Below are positions 1 through 8,656 of a DNA stretch of 64,000 nt, in pieces. The notes under the pieces are model-generated. The model was not told the DNA's origin and made no database searches. It was given only the letters and a program-made list of their open reading frames with translations. A program made the translations under genes and the position numbers. This DNA comes from a virus (taxonomy: Duplodnaviria > Caudoviricetes): positions 660 to 64,659 of the IMG/VR virus record IMGVR_UViG_3300043391_000113. One strand, written 5' to 3'. Each line of letters starts with the position of its first letter. The first letter of the stretch is position 1.

Positions 1-144
1 GTGACCAACGACGCGAAGCTGGAGCAAGCCCGCAAGAAGTTGGAGAGTGCGCTTGTAGGGGTGGACGCTAACGCCCTGCGTAAGGACGACGACCTGCGGC
101 TTGACGTGAAAGCCAAGGTCGATGAGATCCTGTCGATGTTCTAA
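1..144 (+). CDS. 3' end of a conserved phage early protein (DUF3150-like); 5' part probably at 63794-64000
   Basis: Open frame ...KLEQARKKLESALVGVDANALRKDDDLRLDVKAKVDEILSMF*; resembles the C-terminus of the protein that usually follows phage AAA/VWA pairs (recognition from memory). Confidence 0.6.
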   Translation: MTNDAKLEQARKKLESALVGVDANALRKDDDLRLDVKAKVDEILSMF

Positions 145-148
145 GCAT

Positions 149-167
149 TTAATAACAGTGTTATCAA
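149..167. promoter_or_regulatory. 19-bp palindromic early-region box
   Basis: TTAATAACAGTGTTATCAA, 4 nt after a stop codon. Confidence 0.8.
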
Positions 168-170
168 TTA

Positions 171-188
171 GGGGGACAGCCGTCCCCC
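171..188 (+). other. GC-rich hairpin upstream of RBS
   Basis: GGGGGAC-AGCC-GTCCCCC, 7-bp stem, no U-tract. Confidence 0.5.
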
Positions 189-206
189 GCCTACCGGAGA
201 GTGCAA

Positions 207-1052
207 GTGTTAGAGATTCGCAATATCGAGAAGCTGAAAGATCCAGTCATGACATCATTGCTCAAGGACTTCCAGCGTACTTTTGGCAGTAAGTATAAAG
301 TCATCGCTCATGTGCATGGGGATGAGGGCTACGAGAACACGGTGGTGTTCATCGACTCACGCAAGCCATTTAACTTTGTTACTGGCGATTCCCTGCCCAG
401 ACTCAGGGACATGCTTGGCTACATCGAGCAAGGTGGGAAGAACGACCACGGCAAGATGACGTACAAGATCACGTCGCGCCTAATTGAGAACGAGAAGTTC
501 AGATCACACAGTCATGACCATCGCGTGCGTAAGTGTGTGAGTATCCCCGTGTTTCTCAAGCACATGAAGACGTATCTCACCGAGTTCTCCCCCCAAGAGA
601 TGGTTGAGTTCACCCGACGTGACGCTACCCGAGGGTTTCAGCAATGGGTGTACGCGGCGAGCAACACATGGGACAAGATCGTGGGCGCAATCAATGGCCG
701 TGCCATCTTGGAAGAGGTGCAGAAGCTCAAAGCTATGGGTATAACACCACAGACCAAGGCGTTTGAGGATGTGTACGAGCATGGTGTAGATGCGTTTGAG
801 GAGTACAAGCGACGGAGCAACCGTCTATTTGAGAACATGTCTAACGTGTTCATCAACCCGGACGAGACTGTGACGGTCACGAGGCTAGAGGACAGTAAGG
901 CTATGACTACGGAGTACCAATCCTTGGGCGAGTGCGAAGCGTACATACAGGAGGGGATCACCATGCTACATATGGTTGAGCCGAATACGTACGTAGGCGA
1001 CGTAGGCTTACGAACATCCCACAACACGTACTGGATTGACAAACTAGAATAA
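207..1052 (+). CDS. hypothetical early protein
   Basis: Long ORF (track starts 201); GGAGAG at 196-201 fits the GTG at 207. Confidence 0.75.
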   Translation: MLEIRNIEKLKDPVMTSLLKDFQRTFGSKYKVIAHVHGDEGYENTVVFIDSRKPFNFVTGDSLPRLRDMLGYIEQGGKNDHGKMTYKITSRLIENEKFRSHSHDHRVRKCVSIPVFLKHMKTYLTEFSPQEMVEFTRRDATRGFQQWVYAASNTWDKIVGAINGRAILEEVQKLKAMGITPQTKAFEDVYEHGVDAFEEYKRRSNRLFENMSNVFINPDETVTVTRLEDSKAMTTEYQSLGECEAYIQEGITMLHMVEPNTYVGDVGLRTSHNTYWIDKLE

Positions 1053-1070
1053 CAACAGAACAGAAAATAC

Positions 1071-1099
1071 TTGACGACCTAAGAAAGGTTTGATACATT
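1071..1099 (+). promoter_or_regulatory. sigma70-type promoter
   Basis: TTGACG-17 bp-TACATT with TG extended -10. Confidence 0.6.
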
Positions 1100-1134
1100 G
1101 GCGGCGTGGACTTCGGTCCCGCCGCCTTTTTTTT
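1100..1134 (+). terminator. intrinsic terminator
   Basis: GGCGGCG-T-GGAC-TTCG-GTCC-CGCCGCC followed by T8. Confidence 0.8.
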
Positions 1135-1151
1135 ATCTTAGGAGAGTACAA

Positions 1152-1586
1152 GTGTTAGTCAGCGAAAAGATCATCGCCGCGCTCAAGGATTCAGACAAGC
1201 CGCTTACCACGTTAGAACTGGTGAAGCGCACGGGTGTAACTGTTCCCCAAACCTACCTGCCACTGTTCCGGCTAAAACAGGCAGGAACTATCACGCGCAA
1301 CCAAAACGGGGAAGGCCATTACATCTACGCAATTGATAACACTGTTATCAATTCCAACCCCGCACCAAAAACAGACGCGCCCAAGCCCAAGAAGAAAGTA
1401 GGACGCCCACTGGGGTCAACGACCAAACCCAAGCTAGTCGAAGAAAAAGCCAAAGCACCCGTGTCCTCGTGGGTTACTACTGCCGTGTATGAGGCATTGA
1501 AAAAGAAAACCGAAGCATACGAGAAGCAGTGGTTGGACTCGCTCGCTGTGATCGACTACCTCGAAAGAAAGCTCAAGGGGCAATGA
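1152..1586 (+). CDS. winged-helix DNA-binding protein with basic linker
   Basis: IIAALKDSDKPLTTLELVKRTGVTVPQTYLPLFRLKQAGTITR fits a wHTH; GGAGAG RBS at 1141 before GTG 1152. Confidence 0.65.
   Translation: MLVSEKIIAALKDSDKPLTTLELVKRTGVTVPQTYLPLFRLKQAGTITRNQNGEGHYIYAIDNTVINSNPAPKTDAPKPKKKVGRPLGSTTKPKLVEEKAKAPVSSWVTTAVYEALKKKTEAYEKQWLDSLAVIDYLERKLKGQ
1333..1351. promoter_or_regulatory. palindromic box inside wHTH gene
   Basis: AATTGATAACA-C-TGTTATCAATT (1331-1353), perfect 11-1-11 inverted repeat. Confidence 0.8.
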
Positions 1587-1589
1587 GCC

Positions 1590-1937
1590 ATGAGCACACC
1601 TGAGAAGAAAGTGAAAGAGCGGGTCAAGACAATCCTCAGGTCTGAGGGAGTCTACTTCTTCATGCCAGCTACCTACGGTTACGGCTCCTCAGGTGTGCCC
1701 GACATTGTGGCGTGTCTGGACGGTTCGTTTGTGGGTATTGAGTGCAAAGCCAACGGCAACAAGCCCACACAGTTGCAAATCACCAACCTGATGCGAATTG
1801 CTGAAACAGGTGGCATCGCGTTCGTGGTCGATGAGCACACTGTCGATCTTTTTGAGAGCCACCTCAAATCCCTGCGCACTGGGGGAGGGGGTGGCATTTT
1901 TTGGAACCTACAGGAAGAAATGAATGACGCTAAATAA
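1590..1937 (+). CDS. VRR-NUC domain nuclease
   Basis: PEKKVK...GYGSSGVPDIVAC..G.FVGIECKANGNKPTQLQ PD-(D/E)xK pattern. Confidence 0.85.
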   Translation: MSTPEKKVKERVKTILRSEGVYFFMPATYGYGSSGVPDIVACLDGSFVGIECKANGNKPTQLQITNLMRIAETGGIAFVVDEHTVDLFESHLKSLRTGGGGGIFWNLQEEMNDAK

Positions 1938-2211
1938 CCTAGCAACTGCACTACAGAAAACCCGAGATGCGGGTTTGTTCCCCGTCGATGTGATCATCAT
2001 GAACATGGTGGTAAGCAGGGGCGACCGCGTGCCTGTCATGGATGTGGTTAAAAATTGCACACACAGTTCACCAGCTACCGTGCACGCACGGATAAAGCTG
2101 TTGGTAGAAATTGAGGTGCTGAAGAAGGTCGAATCCGCTTCCGACTTACGACTCAAGTACTTAGAGAAAGGTGGACAGTTTGACTCTATGGTACAATCTC
2201 TAACTAACTAG
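1924..2211 (+). CDS. MarR-like winged-helix protein
   Basis: SPATVHARIKLLVEIEVLKKVESASDLRLKYL resembles the MarR recognition helix and wing. Confidence 0.55.
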   Translation: MTLNNLATALQKTRDAGLFPVDVIIMNMVVSRGDRVPVMDVVKNCTHSSPATVHARIKLLVEIEVLKKVESASDLRLKYLEKGGQFDSMVQSLTN

Positions 2212-2217
2212 GAGCGC

Positions 2218-2571
2218 ATGATGCAACCAGAAGAAATCAACGATGGAGTGCGGTTGCTCATTGAACGGATGGAGTCCAACCCTGAAGAGTTTAATGGTGA
2301 TGGACGGTGGGGGTATATGGAGCTAGAACAGTTTAAGGATTTCCTTCACCCTGAAGAGATGAAGATGTTGCGCGAGAAGCTGATTGAAGCCAAGCGGCAC
2401 AATTTCACGACCGAGGTTCTCAAGGTGCTGACTGGAGCAACTGAACCCGCACCAAAAACAAGGCCAAAAACTATCATTGTCCCCAAAGACATGCTGGAGG
2501 AGTCCAAAACAATGCTGGCCAAGGCTTTTAGTCAGTCCGTGAAAAAGCAATTCAAACTAGAAACCATATGA
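2218..2571 (+). CDS. hypothetical protein
   Basis: ORF with GGAG RBS, overlaps polA start. Confidence 0.7.
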   Translation: MMQPEEINDGVRLLIERMESNPEEFNGDGRWGYMELEQFKDFLHPEEMKMLREKLIEAKRHNFTTEVLKVLTGATEPAPKTRPKTIIVPKDMLEESKTMLAKAFSQSVKKQFKLETI

Positions 2572-4397
2572 ACATAATTACCCTAGACTTTGAAACCTAT
2601 TACTCTAAGGAGTTCAGCCTGTCGAAGATGACGACCGAGGAGTACATACGTGCCGATGAGTTTGAGGTTATTGGTGTAGGTGTTGCTGTCAATGATGGCC
2701 CTGCTTATTGGTACACGGGATCATTTAATTCAATTGAAGAGCACTTAACTGTGTCGTATGACTGGGACAATTCGTTCCTGCTGGCGCACAACACACAGTT
2801 CGACGGGGCCATCCTGTCATGGGTGTTCGGTATCCGACCCAAGGGCTATCTAGATACGCTCTGCATGGCGCGGGCCATTCATGGGGTGGATGCAGGAGGA
2901 AGCCTCAAGGCTCTAGCTGAACGCTATCAGATCGGCGAGAAGGGCACAGAAGTTGTCAACGCGCTGGGCAAACGCAGGAAGGATTTTGATTTTGATGAGC
3001 TTGAGCGGTACGGGGAGTACTGCAAGAACGACGTGAGGTTGACGTACGACCTGTTCAATCTGCTTGTACAGAAGTTCCCACGCGGTGAGTTGAAGGTTGT
3101 GGATACGACTTTGCGTATGTTCATCGAGCCGTCGCTTATGCTGAACCTACCCATGCTGGAGGCGCACCTTGAGAACGTGAAGGAGCGCAAGGCCAAGTTG
3201 CTGGCTGCGGCTGAAGCAGACAAAGATTCGCTGATGAGCAATGACAAATTTGCGGAGTTGCTGATGCAGTTGGGCGTTGAGCCTCCTGTGAAGATCAGCG
3301 CACGCACGGGCAAGGAGGCGTGGGCCTTCGCCAAAACCGATGAAGAGTTCAAAGAGTTGCTGGTCCATCCCGACCTGCGTGTGCAGACACTTGTTGCCGC
3401 TAGGCTCGGTAATAAAACCACCCTTGAAGAGACACGTACACAGCGGTTTATAGATATTTCACTGAGGGGTAAGTTACCAGTCCCAATCAAGTACTACGCC
3501 GCCCACACTGGGCGTTGGGGAGGTGATGACAAGATCAACCTTCAGAACCTGCCCAGCCGTGGGCAGAACGCCAACCGACTTAAGCGAGCCATCGAGGCCC
3601 CGGATGGGTACGTCATGATCGACGCTGACTCTTCGCAGATCGAGGCTCGGACGGTGGCGTGGCTGGCTGGGCAGACTGATCTGTTAACTGCTTTTACTAA
3701 TGGCGAGGACGTGTACAAAATCATGGCCTCTTCTATCTATAACAAGCCCATAGAAGAGGTGACGAAGGAGGAGCGGTTCGTTGGTAAGACGACCATTCTC
3801 GGTGCTGGGTACGGCATGGGCGCGGCTAAGTTTCAGCTACAGCTAAAGACATTCGGTGTTGATACTCCGCTGGAGGAATGCAAGCGCATCATCGACGTGT
3901 ATCGAGCAACGTATCCGCACGTACCTGCGCTGTGGCGTCAGGCACAACAATGCTTGGAAGCCATCGTGCATGGGTCTGCATCCGCATTCGGTGCTGTTGA
4001 TGCCGTTCAGTTCGATCCGAGGGAGAAGGGGTTTCTTCTGCCAAGTGGTTTATGGCAACGGTACGAAGGCTTGGTCAAGGTCTTTGACGAGAAGGGTAAC
4101 GCCCAGTTTGAGTACAAGACCCGCAAAGGCTCCGTCAAGTTATATGGTGGGAAGGTTGTGGAGAACATATGCCAAGCGGTCGCACGCTGTGTCATTGCAG
4201 AGCAGATGTTGCGCATCGCCAAGCGGTACAAGGTGGTGCTCACTGTGCATGACGCTGTAGCGTGTATCGTGAAGGAAGAGGAAGCAGCCGAGGCGCAAGC
4301 GTATGTGGAGAGTTGTATGAGATGGAGGCCCACATGGGCGGCTACCCTGCCGTTGAATTGTGAGTCGGGTATTGGCAAATCGTATGGGGACTGTTAA
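2568..4397 (+). CDS. polA: family A DNA polymerase with 3'-5' exonuclease domain
   Basis: ExoI LDFETYY; HTGRWGG..INLQNLP; motif A DADSSQIEAR; motif B KTTILGAGYG; motif C VHDA. Confidence 0.95.
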   Translation: MNIITLDFETYYSKEFSLSKMTTEEYIRADEFEVIGVGVAVNDGPAYWYTGSFNSIEEHLTVSYDWDNSFLLAHNTQFDGAILSWVFGIRPKGYLDTLCMARAIHGVDAGGSLKALAERYQIGEKGTEVVNALGKRRKDFDFDELERYGEYCKNDVRLTYDLFNLLVQKFPRGELKVVDTTLRMFIEPSLMLNLPMLEAHLENVKERKAKLLAAAEADKDSLMSNDKFAELLMQLGVEPPVKISARTGKEAWAFAKTDEEFKELLVHPDLRVQTLVAARLGNKTTLEETRTQRFIDISLRGKLPVPIKYYAAHTGRWGGDDKINLQNLPSRGQNANRLKRAIEAPDGYVMIDADSSQIEARTVAWLAGQTDLLTAFTNGEDVYKIMASSIYNKPIEEVTKEERFVGKTTILGAGYGMGAAKFQLQLKTFGVDTPLEECKRIIDVYRATYPHVPALWRQAQQCLEAIVHGSASAFGAVDAVQFDPREKGFLLPSGLWQRYEGLVKVFDEKGNAQFEYKTRKGSVKLYGGKVVENICQAVARCVIAEQMLRIAKRYKVVLTVHDAVACIVKEEEAAEAQAYVESCMRWRPTWAATLPLNCESGIGKSYGDC

Positions 4398-4583
4398 TTG
4401 AGATGCCCTGAATGCGCAGAACCAATGCGCACCAAAGATACAAGGCAGTGGAAAGATGTTGAAAGAGCTTTTGATTGGGTAGAACGACGGCGCGTATGTT
4501 CTTGCGGATATCGCGTAATGACAATTGAAATGCCCAAATTTGTTTGGGTTAAACACACGGAGAATATAGATGACCAAGGGTGA
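4398..4583 (+). CDS. zinc-ribbon protein (NrdR N-terminus-like)
   Basis: CPEC...TKDTR...RRRVCSCG. Confidence 0.6.
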   Translation: MRCPECAEPMRTKDTRQWKDVERAFDWVERRRVCSCGYRVMTIEMPKFVWVKHTENIDDQG

Positions 4584-4824
4584 AGCATGGAAAAAATGGT
4601 GGGCGGAAACGCATGGGCAGCACATGCCGATGGGTGGATATCATCCGATGGAAGGACATATCTATGATGCGTTCACAGCAGGGTGGGATGCGGCAGATAA
4701 ACAATCTCAGTCTGAGATTACGCATCTCAAAGAACAACTGATGCGGGCCAATACCAATGACGGCGCATACAAGGCGGCGTTCTTGGCTGGTCAGATGACA
4801 GCGCGGGGTGGGAGTTGGAAATGA
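4570..4824 (+). CDS. hypothetical protein
   Basis: ORF in a coupled overlapping series. Confidence 0.65.
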   Translation: MTKGEAWKKWWAETHGQHMPMGGYHPMEGHIYDAFTAGWDAADKQSQSEITHLKEQLMRANTNDGAYKAAFLAGQMTARGGSWK

Positions 4825-5117
4825 TTGACGATCTATCAGCACAAACCCCCGCATCTTGTATCAATAGATCAGACATCATCCGCATGGCGCGGGAGGCTGG
4901 GTTTGCCGATGGGGTTGTAGATATCGTTGGGTTTGAGGGGTTTGAACGCTTTGCCGCCCTTGTTGTCGCGCACACTGTGTCAGAACTTGAATATCTTCCG
5001 GGTCGGCAACCAGTTCAGGTTCCGGTAGCAGAGTTTGTCGAGATGGTTTTGGAGAAAGAACACTTGGTAGGCAAGCCGTTGGTGTGGGCGCAGTGGCCGA
5101 ATGAGGAGCAGAAATGA
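4821..5117 (+). CDS. hypothetical protein
   Basis: IIRMAREAGF motif typical of small phage accessory genes; ATGA overlaps. Confidence 0.65.
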   Translation: MIDDLSAQTPASCINRSDIIRMAREAGFADGVVDIVGFEGFERFAALVVAHTVSELEYLPGRQPVQVPVAEFVEMVLEKEHLVGKPLVWAQWPNEEQK

Positions 5118-5293
5118 CTGACTCCGAAAGATTGCACTGTGAAGCCGCTGATTATGCCGATGACCGTATGGACGCGCATAAAAAAGCAAGTAAAAAACAA
5201 CCTGAAGAAGTTTACAAAGGAAACTGGATAGCTCATTACGAAGGTTACATAGCGGGATATAACGCCAAGAAAAAGGAGAAGAGCAGTGCATGA
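5114..5293 (+). CDS. hypothetical protein (59 aa, not in ORF track)
   Basis: MTDSERLHCEAADYADDRMDAHKK...YEGYIAGYNAKKKEKSSA*; ATGA overlap with upstream gene. Confidence 0.6.
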   Translation: MTDSERLHCEAADYADDRMDAHKKASKKQPEEVYKGNWIAHYEGYIAGYNAKKKEKSSA

Positions 5294-5294
5294 G

Positions 5295-5516
5295 ATGGAC
5301 TACACCGTTACGCTTACGGTTAAAGACCTTGAGTTTCGCAAACGCGCTCGCACGGCAGGGATACCAAGCATAGTGGTGTCGATGTACGCAGGAGCGTTGC
5401 AACGGTTAGTAGAAGATGAGCGGGAAGAGTGCGCCAAGTTTTGTGATGAGCAGTATGAGTTCTATGGGTTTGACCATGTGTTTGCCGCTGGCATCCGCGC
5501 AAGGGGAGAGAAATGA
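5295..5516 (+). CDS. hypothetical protein
   Basis: EREECAKFCDE...AAGIRARGEK C-terminus common in small phage proteins. Confidence 0.65.
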   Translation: MDYTVTLTVKDLEFRKRARTAGIPSIVVSMYAGALQRLVEDEREECAKFCDEQYEFYGFDHVFAAGIRARGEK

Positions 5517-5956
5517 AATACAAAGACATAAAAGATTTTTGGGAGCGATGCAACGAACACCCCGATCATCAGAACGGCATGATTTCGTACAGAATGATTG
5601 AGCGGCGACTTCAAGAAGAGATTCAAGAGTTGCGCCAATACATTGAACAACGAGAGCAGTCGCTACAAAAACCCGTGGCTTGGATGCATACGAGCATCGA
5701 AGACAACATCATTTCTCACAAACCAGCAGATCTAAAGAAACACCCAGAGCGTTGGACTGCGTTGTACGCCGTTCAATCACCATGCTTAACATGCGAAGCA
5801 CTGGCCTGTACAGTTATGATGGACCAGACATCGCATGACAAAAAGCGTGAGTGGGTTGGGCTGACAGATGAGGATTTGGTGGATTGCGAGTCTGAAGAAG
5901 ATGTGCGGTTTGTCCGAGCCATCGAAGCCAAACTCAAGGAGAAAAACAATGGCTAA
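5513..5956 (+). CDS. hypothetical protein
   Basis: KPVAWM and REWVGLTDE...RAIEAKLKEKN segments. Confidence 0.7.
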   Translation: MKYKDIKDFWERCNEHPDHQNGMISYRMIERRLQEEIQELRQYIEQREQSLQKPVAWMHTSIEDNIISHKPADLKKHPERWTALYAVQSPCLTCEALACTVMMDQTSHDKKREWVGLTDEDLVDCESEEDVRFVRAIEAKLKEKNNG

Positions 5957-6095
5957 GATTCTGTGCTGGCTATTCGGCCACAAAAACATCATCTCTTGCA
6001 TAGACGCACATTACCGATACACGCATGACCGATGCGAGCGGTGCGGCGTTAATCTGCAACTTGGACAACACAAATTCTATGAGGACTGGTCATGA
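5949..6095 (+). CDS. small Cys/His protein
   Basis: MAKILCWLFGHK...CERCG. Confidence 0.6.
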   Translation: MAKILCWLFGHKNIISCIDAHYRYTHDRCERCGVNLQLGQHKFYEDWS

Positions 6096-6355
6096 GCGGT
6101 GGATACTTTAAATACGAGCAGTTCAAGCTGCAACAGATCGCTGACGATATAGAACAGCTTATTTTGGAGAATGACGAAACCGACTGGGATTACAAGTTCA
6201 AACCGGAAACGATATATGAATTTGAAACGGCAGTGAACATGTTGCGTAGGGCGTACATTTACGTACAGCGTATTGACTATCTTGTTTCTTCAGATGATTC
6301 CGAAGCTACGTTTCTACGGCGTCTTAATGAACAACTAAAGGATCAAGATGTTTAA
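6092..6355 (+). CDS. hypothetical protein
   Basis: MSGGYFKY... ORF with ATGA overlap. Confidence 0.7.
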   Translation: MSGGYFKYEQFKLQQIADDIEQLILENDETDWDYKFKPETIYEFETAVNMLRRAYIYVQRIDYLVSSDDSEATFLRRLNEQLKDQDV

Positions 6356-6457
6356 TGCGTATGCCGGATTCCCCAACGATGAATTTTTTGCTGTGCTGTT
6401 GGATAGCGTGGAGAATAGTTCTATTCATATGGCTTCTTTTTTACTTGGTTACGGGCA

Positions 6458-6733
6458 ATGAACGATACAGAACTAAGAGATAAGATATTAGATTTTTTAT
6501 TAGAGAACGGAGAAACAAAATCAAGAGATGTTCAGGTTGTAGGGTCATCTAAAAAAACTGTAGGTAATAACCTTGTCAGGATGTTTGACGTTGGGATTTT
6601 AGACCGCAGAAAAATTGACAAGAAGTTTGCCTACAGCATCAGGGACAGAGAAAATTTTTATTTGAACAATGAGCCGGGGTATGCGTACTACCTTAGAAAT
6701 TTGCCAAGAGAGATGAGTCATGAACAACGATGA
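6458..6733 (+). CDS. putative winged-helix protein
   Basis: KILDFLLENGETKSRDV...KKTVGNNLVRMFDVGILDR. Confidence 0.5.
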   Translation: MNDTELRDKILDFLLENGETKSRDVQVVGSSKKTVGNNLVRMFDVGILDRRKIDKKFAYSIRDRENFYLNNEPGYAYYLRNLPREMSHEQR

Positions 6734-6896
6734 ACTACGCGATTTATTTGCCGCAATATCCATGCTTGGACTGATTGCTAACGGGGACTACGGACTTGCA
6801 GAAATCCCCATCCGGGCGTACAAAATGGCAGATGACATGATTCGGGAACGCATTATACAAGAAGATGGTATTGCCTCGATCAAACCGAGACGTTAA
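6720..6896 (+). CDS. hypothetical protein (58 aa, not in ORF track)
   Basis: MNNDELRDLFAAISMLGLIA...AYKMADDMIRER; stop overlaps the next start. Confidence 0.65.
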   Translation: MNNDELRDLFAAISMLGLIANGDYGLAEIPIRAYKMADDMIRERIIQEDGIASIKPRR

Positions 6897-7714
6897 TGGC
6901 CGATAACTTCCCCAAAAAGAAGTTTGTGCTCGCAAAAGGGTTTCTGGGGTTTGGAGATCGGTTGCAAGCCCTGTCCTACTCCCTAGAAATTGCCAAACGA
7001 TACAACCGCAATCTGTATGTAGATTGGTTGGATGATGACTGGGGTAAATCTTTTTATGACTACTTTTATTTAGATGGATTTCCTCCGATCCTACCAACTG
7101 GTAGCGCATACCCAGAGGTGTGGACAGATGATCTACACAGACCCGCAGGGAAATGGATTGTTGAACACGCAAAAGGAAAGCCAATATTTGAACTGAACAT
7201 TGAGGGACTAGCCAACGCGACGGGGAATGAGGATGTATGGGTACATCCGAGTATTGGGTACAGGAGCACTCACTTCCCCACGCTTGTGCGCACCTTAAAG
7301 ATCACCTGCATGGACAAGATAAAACCCATGATGGCTCCCGAAGGTACGCGGACAGTTGTTCATCTGCGAGGCACGGACAGAAAGGTTGATGAAACACGTT
7401 TGTTGAAGTTGATGGACGACCATCCTGAGGCGATAGTCATTTCGGATGACGCTGTATTGGTTGATAGGTGGAAGGAGCGTCACCCTCATGCTTTGATTTT
7501 GTCTGACACTCTAGTCAGGGAGACTGATACTGGGTCACACAACATGGACTTCAGCCTATTGGCACAAAAGTATAACTTCACCAAACGACAACTACACTAT
7601 AGAACCATTGCGGATTTTTTGACTTTGGCGTATGCTCCAGAGGCGCACGCTCTGAATACCGACAGTAGGTATTTCATGATGGCGCGTCTCTGGGGAAGGT
7701 GCATGCCCAAATGA
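6896..7714 (+). CDS. NodZ/FUT8-like (GT-B, GT23-type) glycosyltransferase
   Basis: GFGDRL N-terminal motif, VHLRGTDRK, IVISDD and ADFLTLAY match the three fucosyltransferase motifs. Confidence 0.65.
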   Translation: MADNFPKKKFVLAKGFLGFGDRLQALSYSLEIAKRYNRNLYVDWLDDDWGKSFYDYFYLDGFPPILPTGSAYPEVWTDDLHRPAGKWIVEHAKGKPIFELNIEGLANATGNEDVWVHPSIGYRSTHFPTLVRTLKITCMDKIKPMMAPEGTRTVVHLRGTDRKVDETRLLKLMDDHPEAIVISDDAVLVDRWKERHPHALILSDTLVRETDTGSHNMDFSLLAQKYNFTKRQLHYRTIADFLTLAYAPEAHALNTDSRYFMMARLWGRCMPK

Positions 7715-8379
7715 CAGACTACAAGTGGTCGTATTCCTCGCTGGACCTGTTCAAACAGTGTCCTCATAAGTTCTACCGCATCCGGGTCAAGAAGGATGTG
7801 GTCGAGCCACCTGCCGCGCATCTGACTTACGGGCTGGAAGTACACAAAGCCGCTGAAGATTTCATCGGTAGTGGCGTGCCTATCCCAGAGAAGTTTGCGT
7901 TCATTAGAGAACCATTGGAGATGCTACGTAGCCGCGAAGGGGAACATCTTGTGGAGTACAAGATGGGTTTGCGCAGGGATATGACTGCTTGTGACTTCTC
8001 AGATGCAAAAGCATGGTGGCGGGGGATTGCCGATTTAATCACCCTGCAAGGTGAGAAGGCGTATGTTGTTGACTACAAGACAGGCAAGTCATCCAAGTAC
8101 GCAGACACCAAGCAGTTGGAGATTCTGTCGCTGGCGGTGTTCAAGCACTTCCCGCAGGTCAAGAAGATCAAGGCTGGGCTACTCTTCGTAGTAGCCAAAG
8201 ATTTTGTCAAAGCAGAGTTCGACGCTGGCGATCAGCACATCTACTGGGTGCGCTGGCTGGCAGACACGGGGCGTCTTGAGAAGGCGTTTGAAACGGACGT
8301 TTGGAACCCCAAGCCAAACTTCACATGTAAGGGCTGGTGCCCAGTAACTGATTGTACACACAACACGAAGGGTAAATAA
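7711..8379 (+). CDS. Cas4-like PD-(D/E)XK exonuclease
   Basis: SYSSL..FKQCP, GIADL, VVDYKTGK, C-terminal CKGWCPVTDC cysteine cluster. Confidence 0.85.
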   Translation: MTDYKWSYSSLDLFKQCPHKFYRIRVKKDVVEPPAAHLTYGLEVHKAAEDFIGSGVPIPEKFAFIREPLEMLRSREGEHLVEYKMGLRRDMTACDFSDAKAWWRGIADLITLQGEKAYVVDYKTGKSSKYADTKQLEILSLAVFKHFPQVKKIKAGLLFVVAKDFVKAEFDAGDQHIYWVRWLADTGRLEKAFETDVWNPKPNFTCKGWCPVTDCTHNTKGK

Positions 8380-8646
8380 ATGCCATACGTGAACAAGCCC
8401 CGTCCATATAAGCGTGAGTATGAGGAGTATCAGGGTACACCTGAGCAAATCAAAAAGCGTGCTGCCCGTAACAAGGCTCGCGCTACGCTGGCCAAAGAGG
8501 GGCGTGTTCACAAAGGCGACGGCAAAGATGTAGACCACAAGACCCCGCTGAGCAAAGGCGGGTCTACGGGGAAAGAAAACCTCCGCGTTCAATCAACACA
8601 CGACAACAGGTCGTACGCACGCAGGTCAGACCACAAACCAAAGTAG
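8380..8646 (+). CDS. HNH endonuclease
   Basis: DVDHKTPLSKGGSTGKENLRVQSTHDN. Confidence 0.85.
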   Translation: MPYVNKPRPYKREYEEYQGTPEQIKKRAARNKARATLAKEGRVHKGDGKDVDHKTPLSKGGSTGKENLRVQSTHDNRSYARRSDHKPK

Positions 8647-8656
8647 CGGGGAAAGA

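Noticed and set aside
7711-8379. Cas4-like gene as evidence of a CRISPR system
   Set aside because: No other cas genes or array; solo Cas4-like nucleases are routine in phage replication modules
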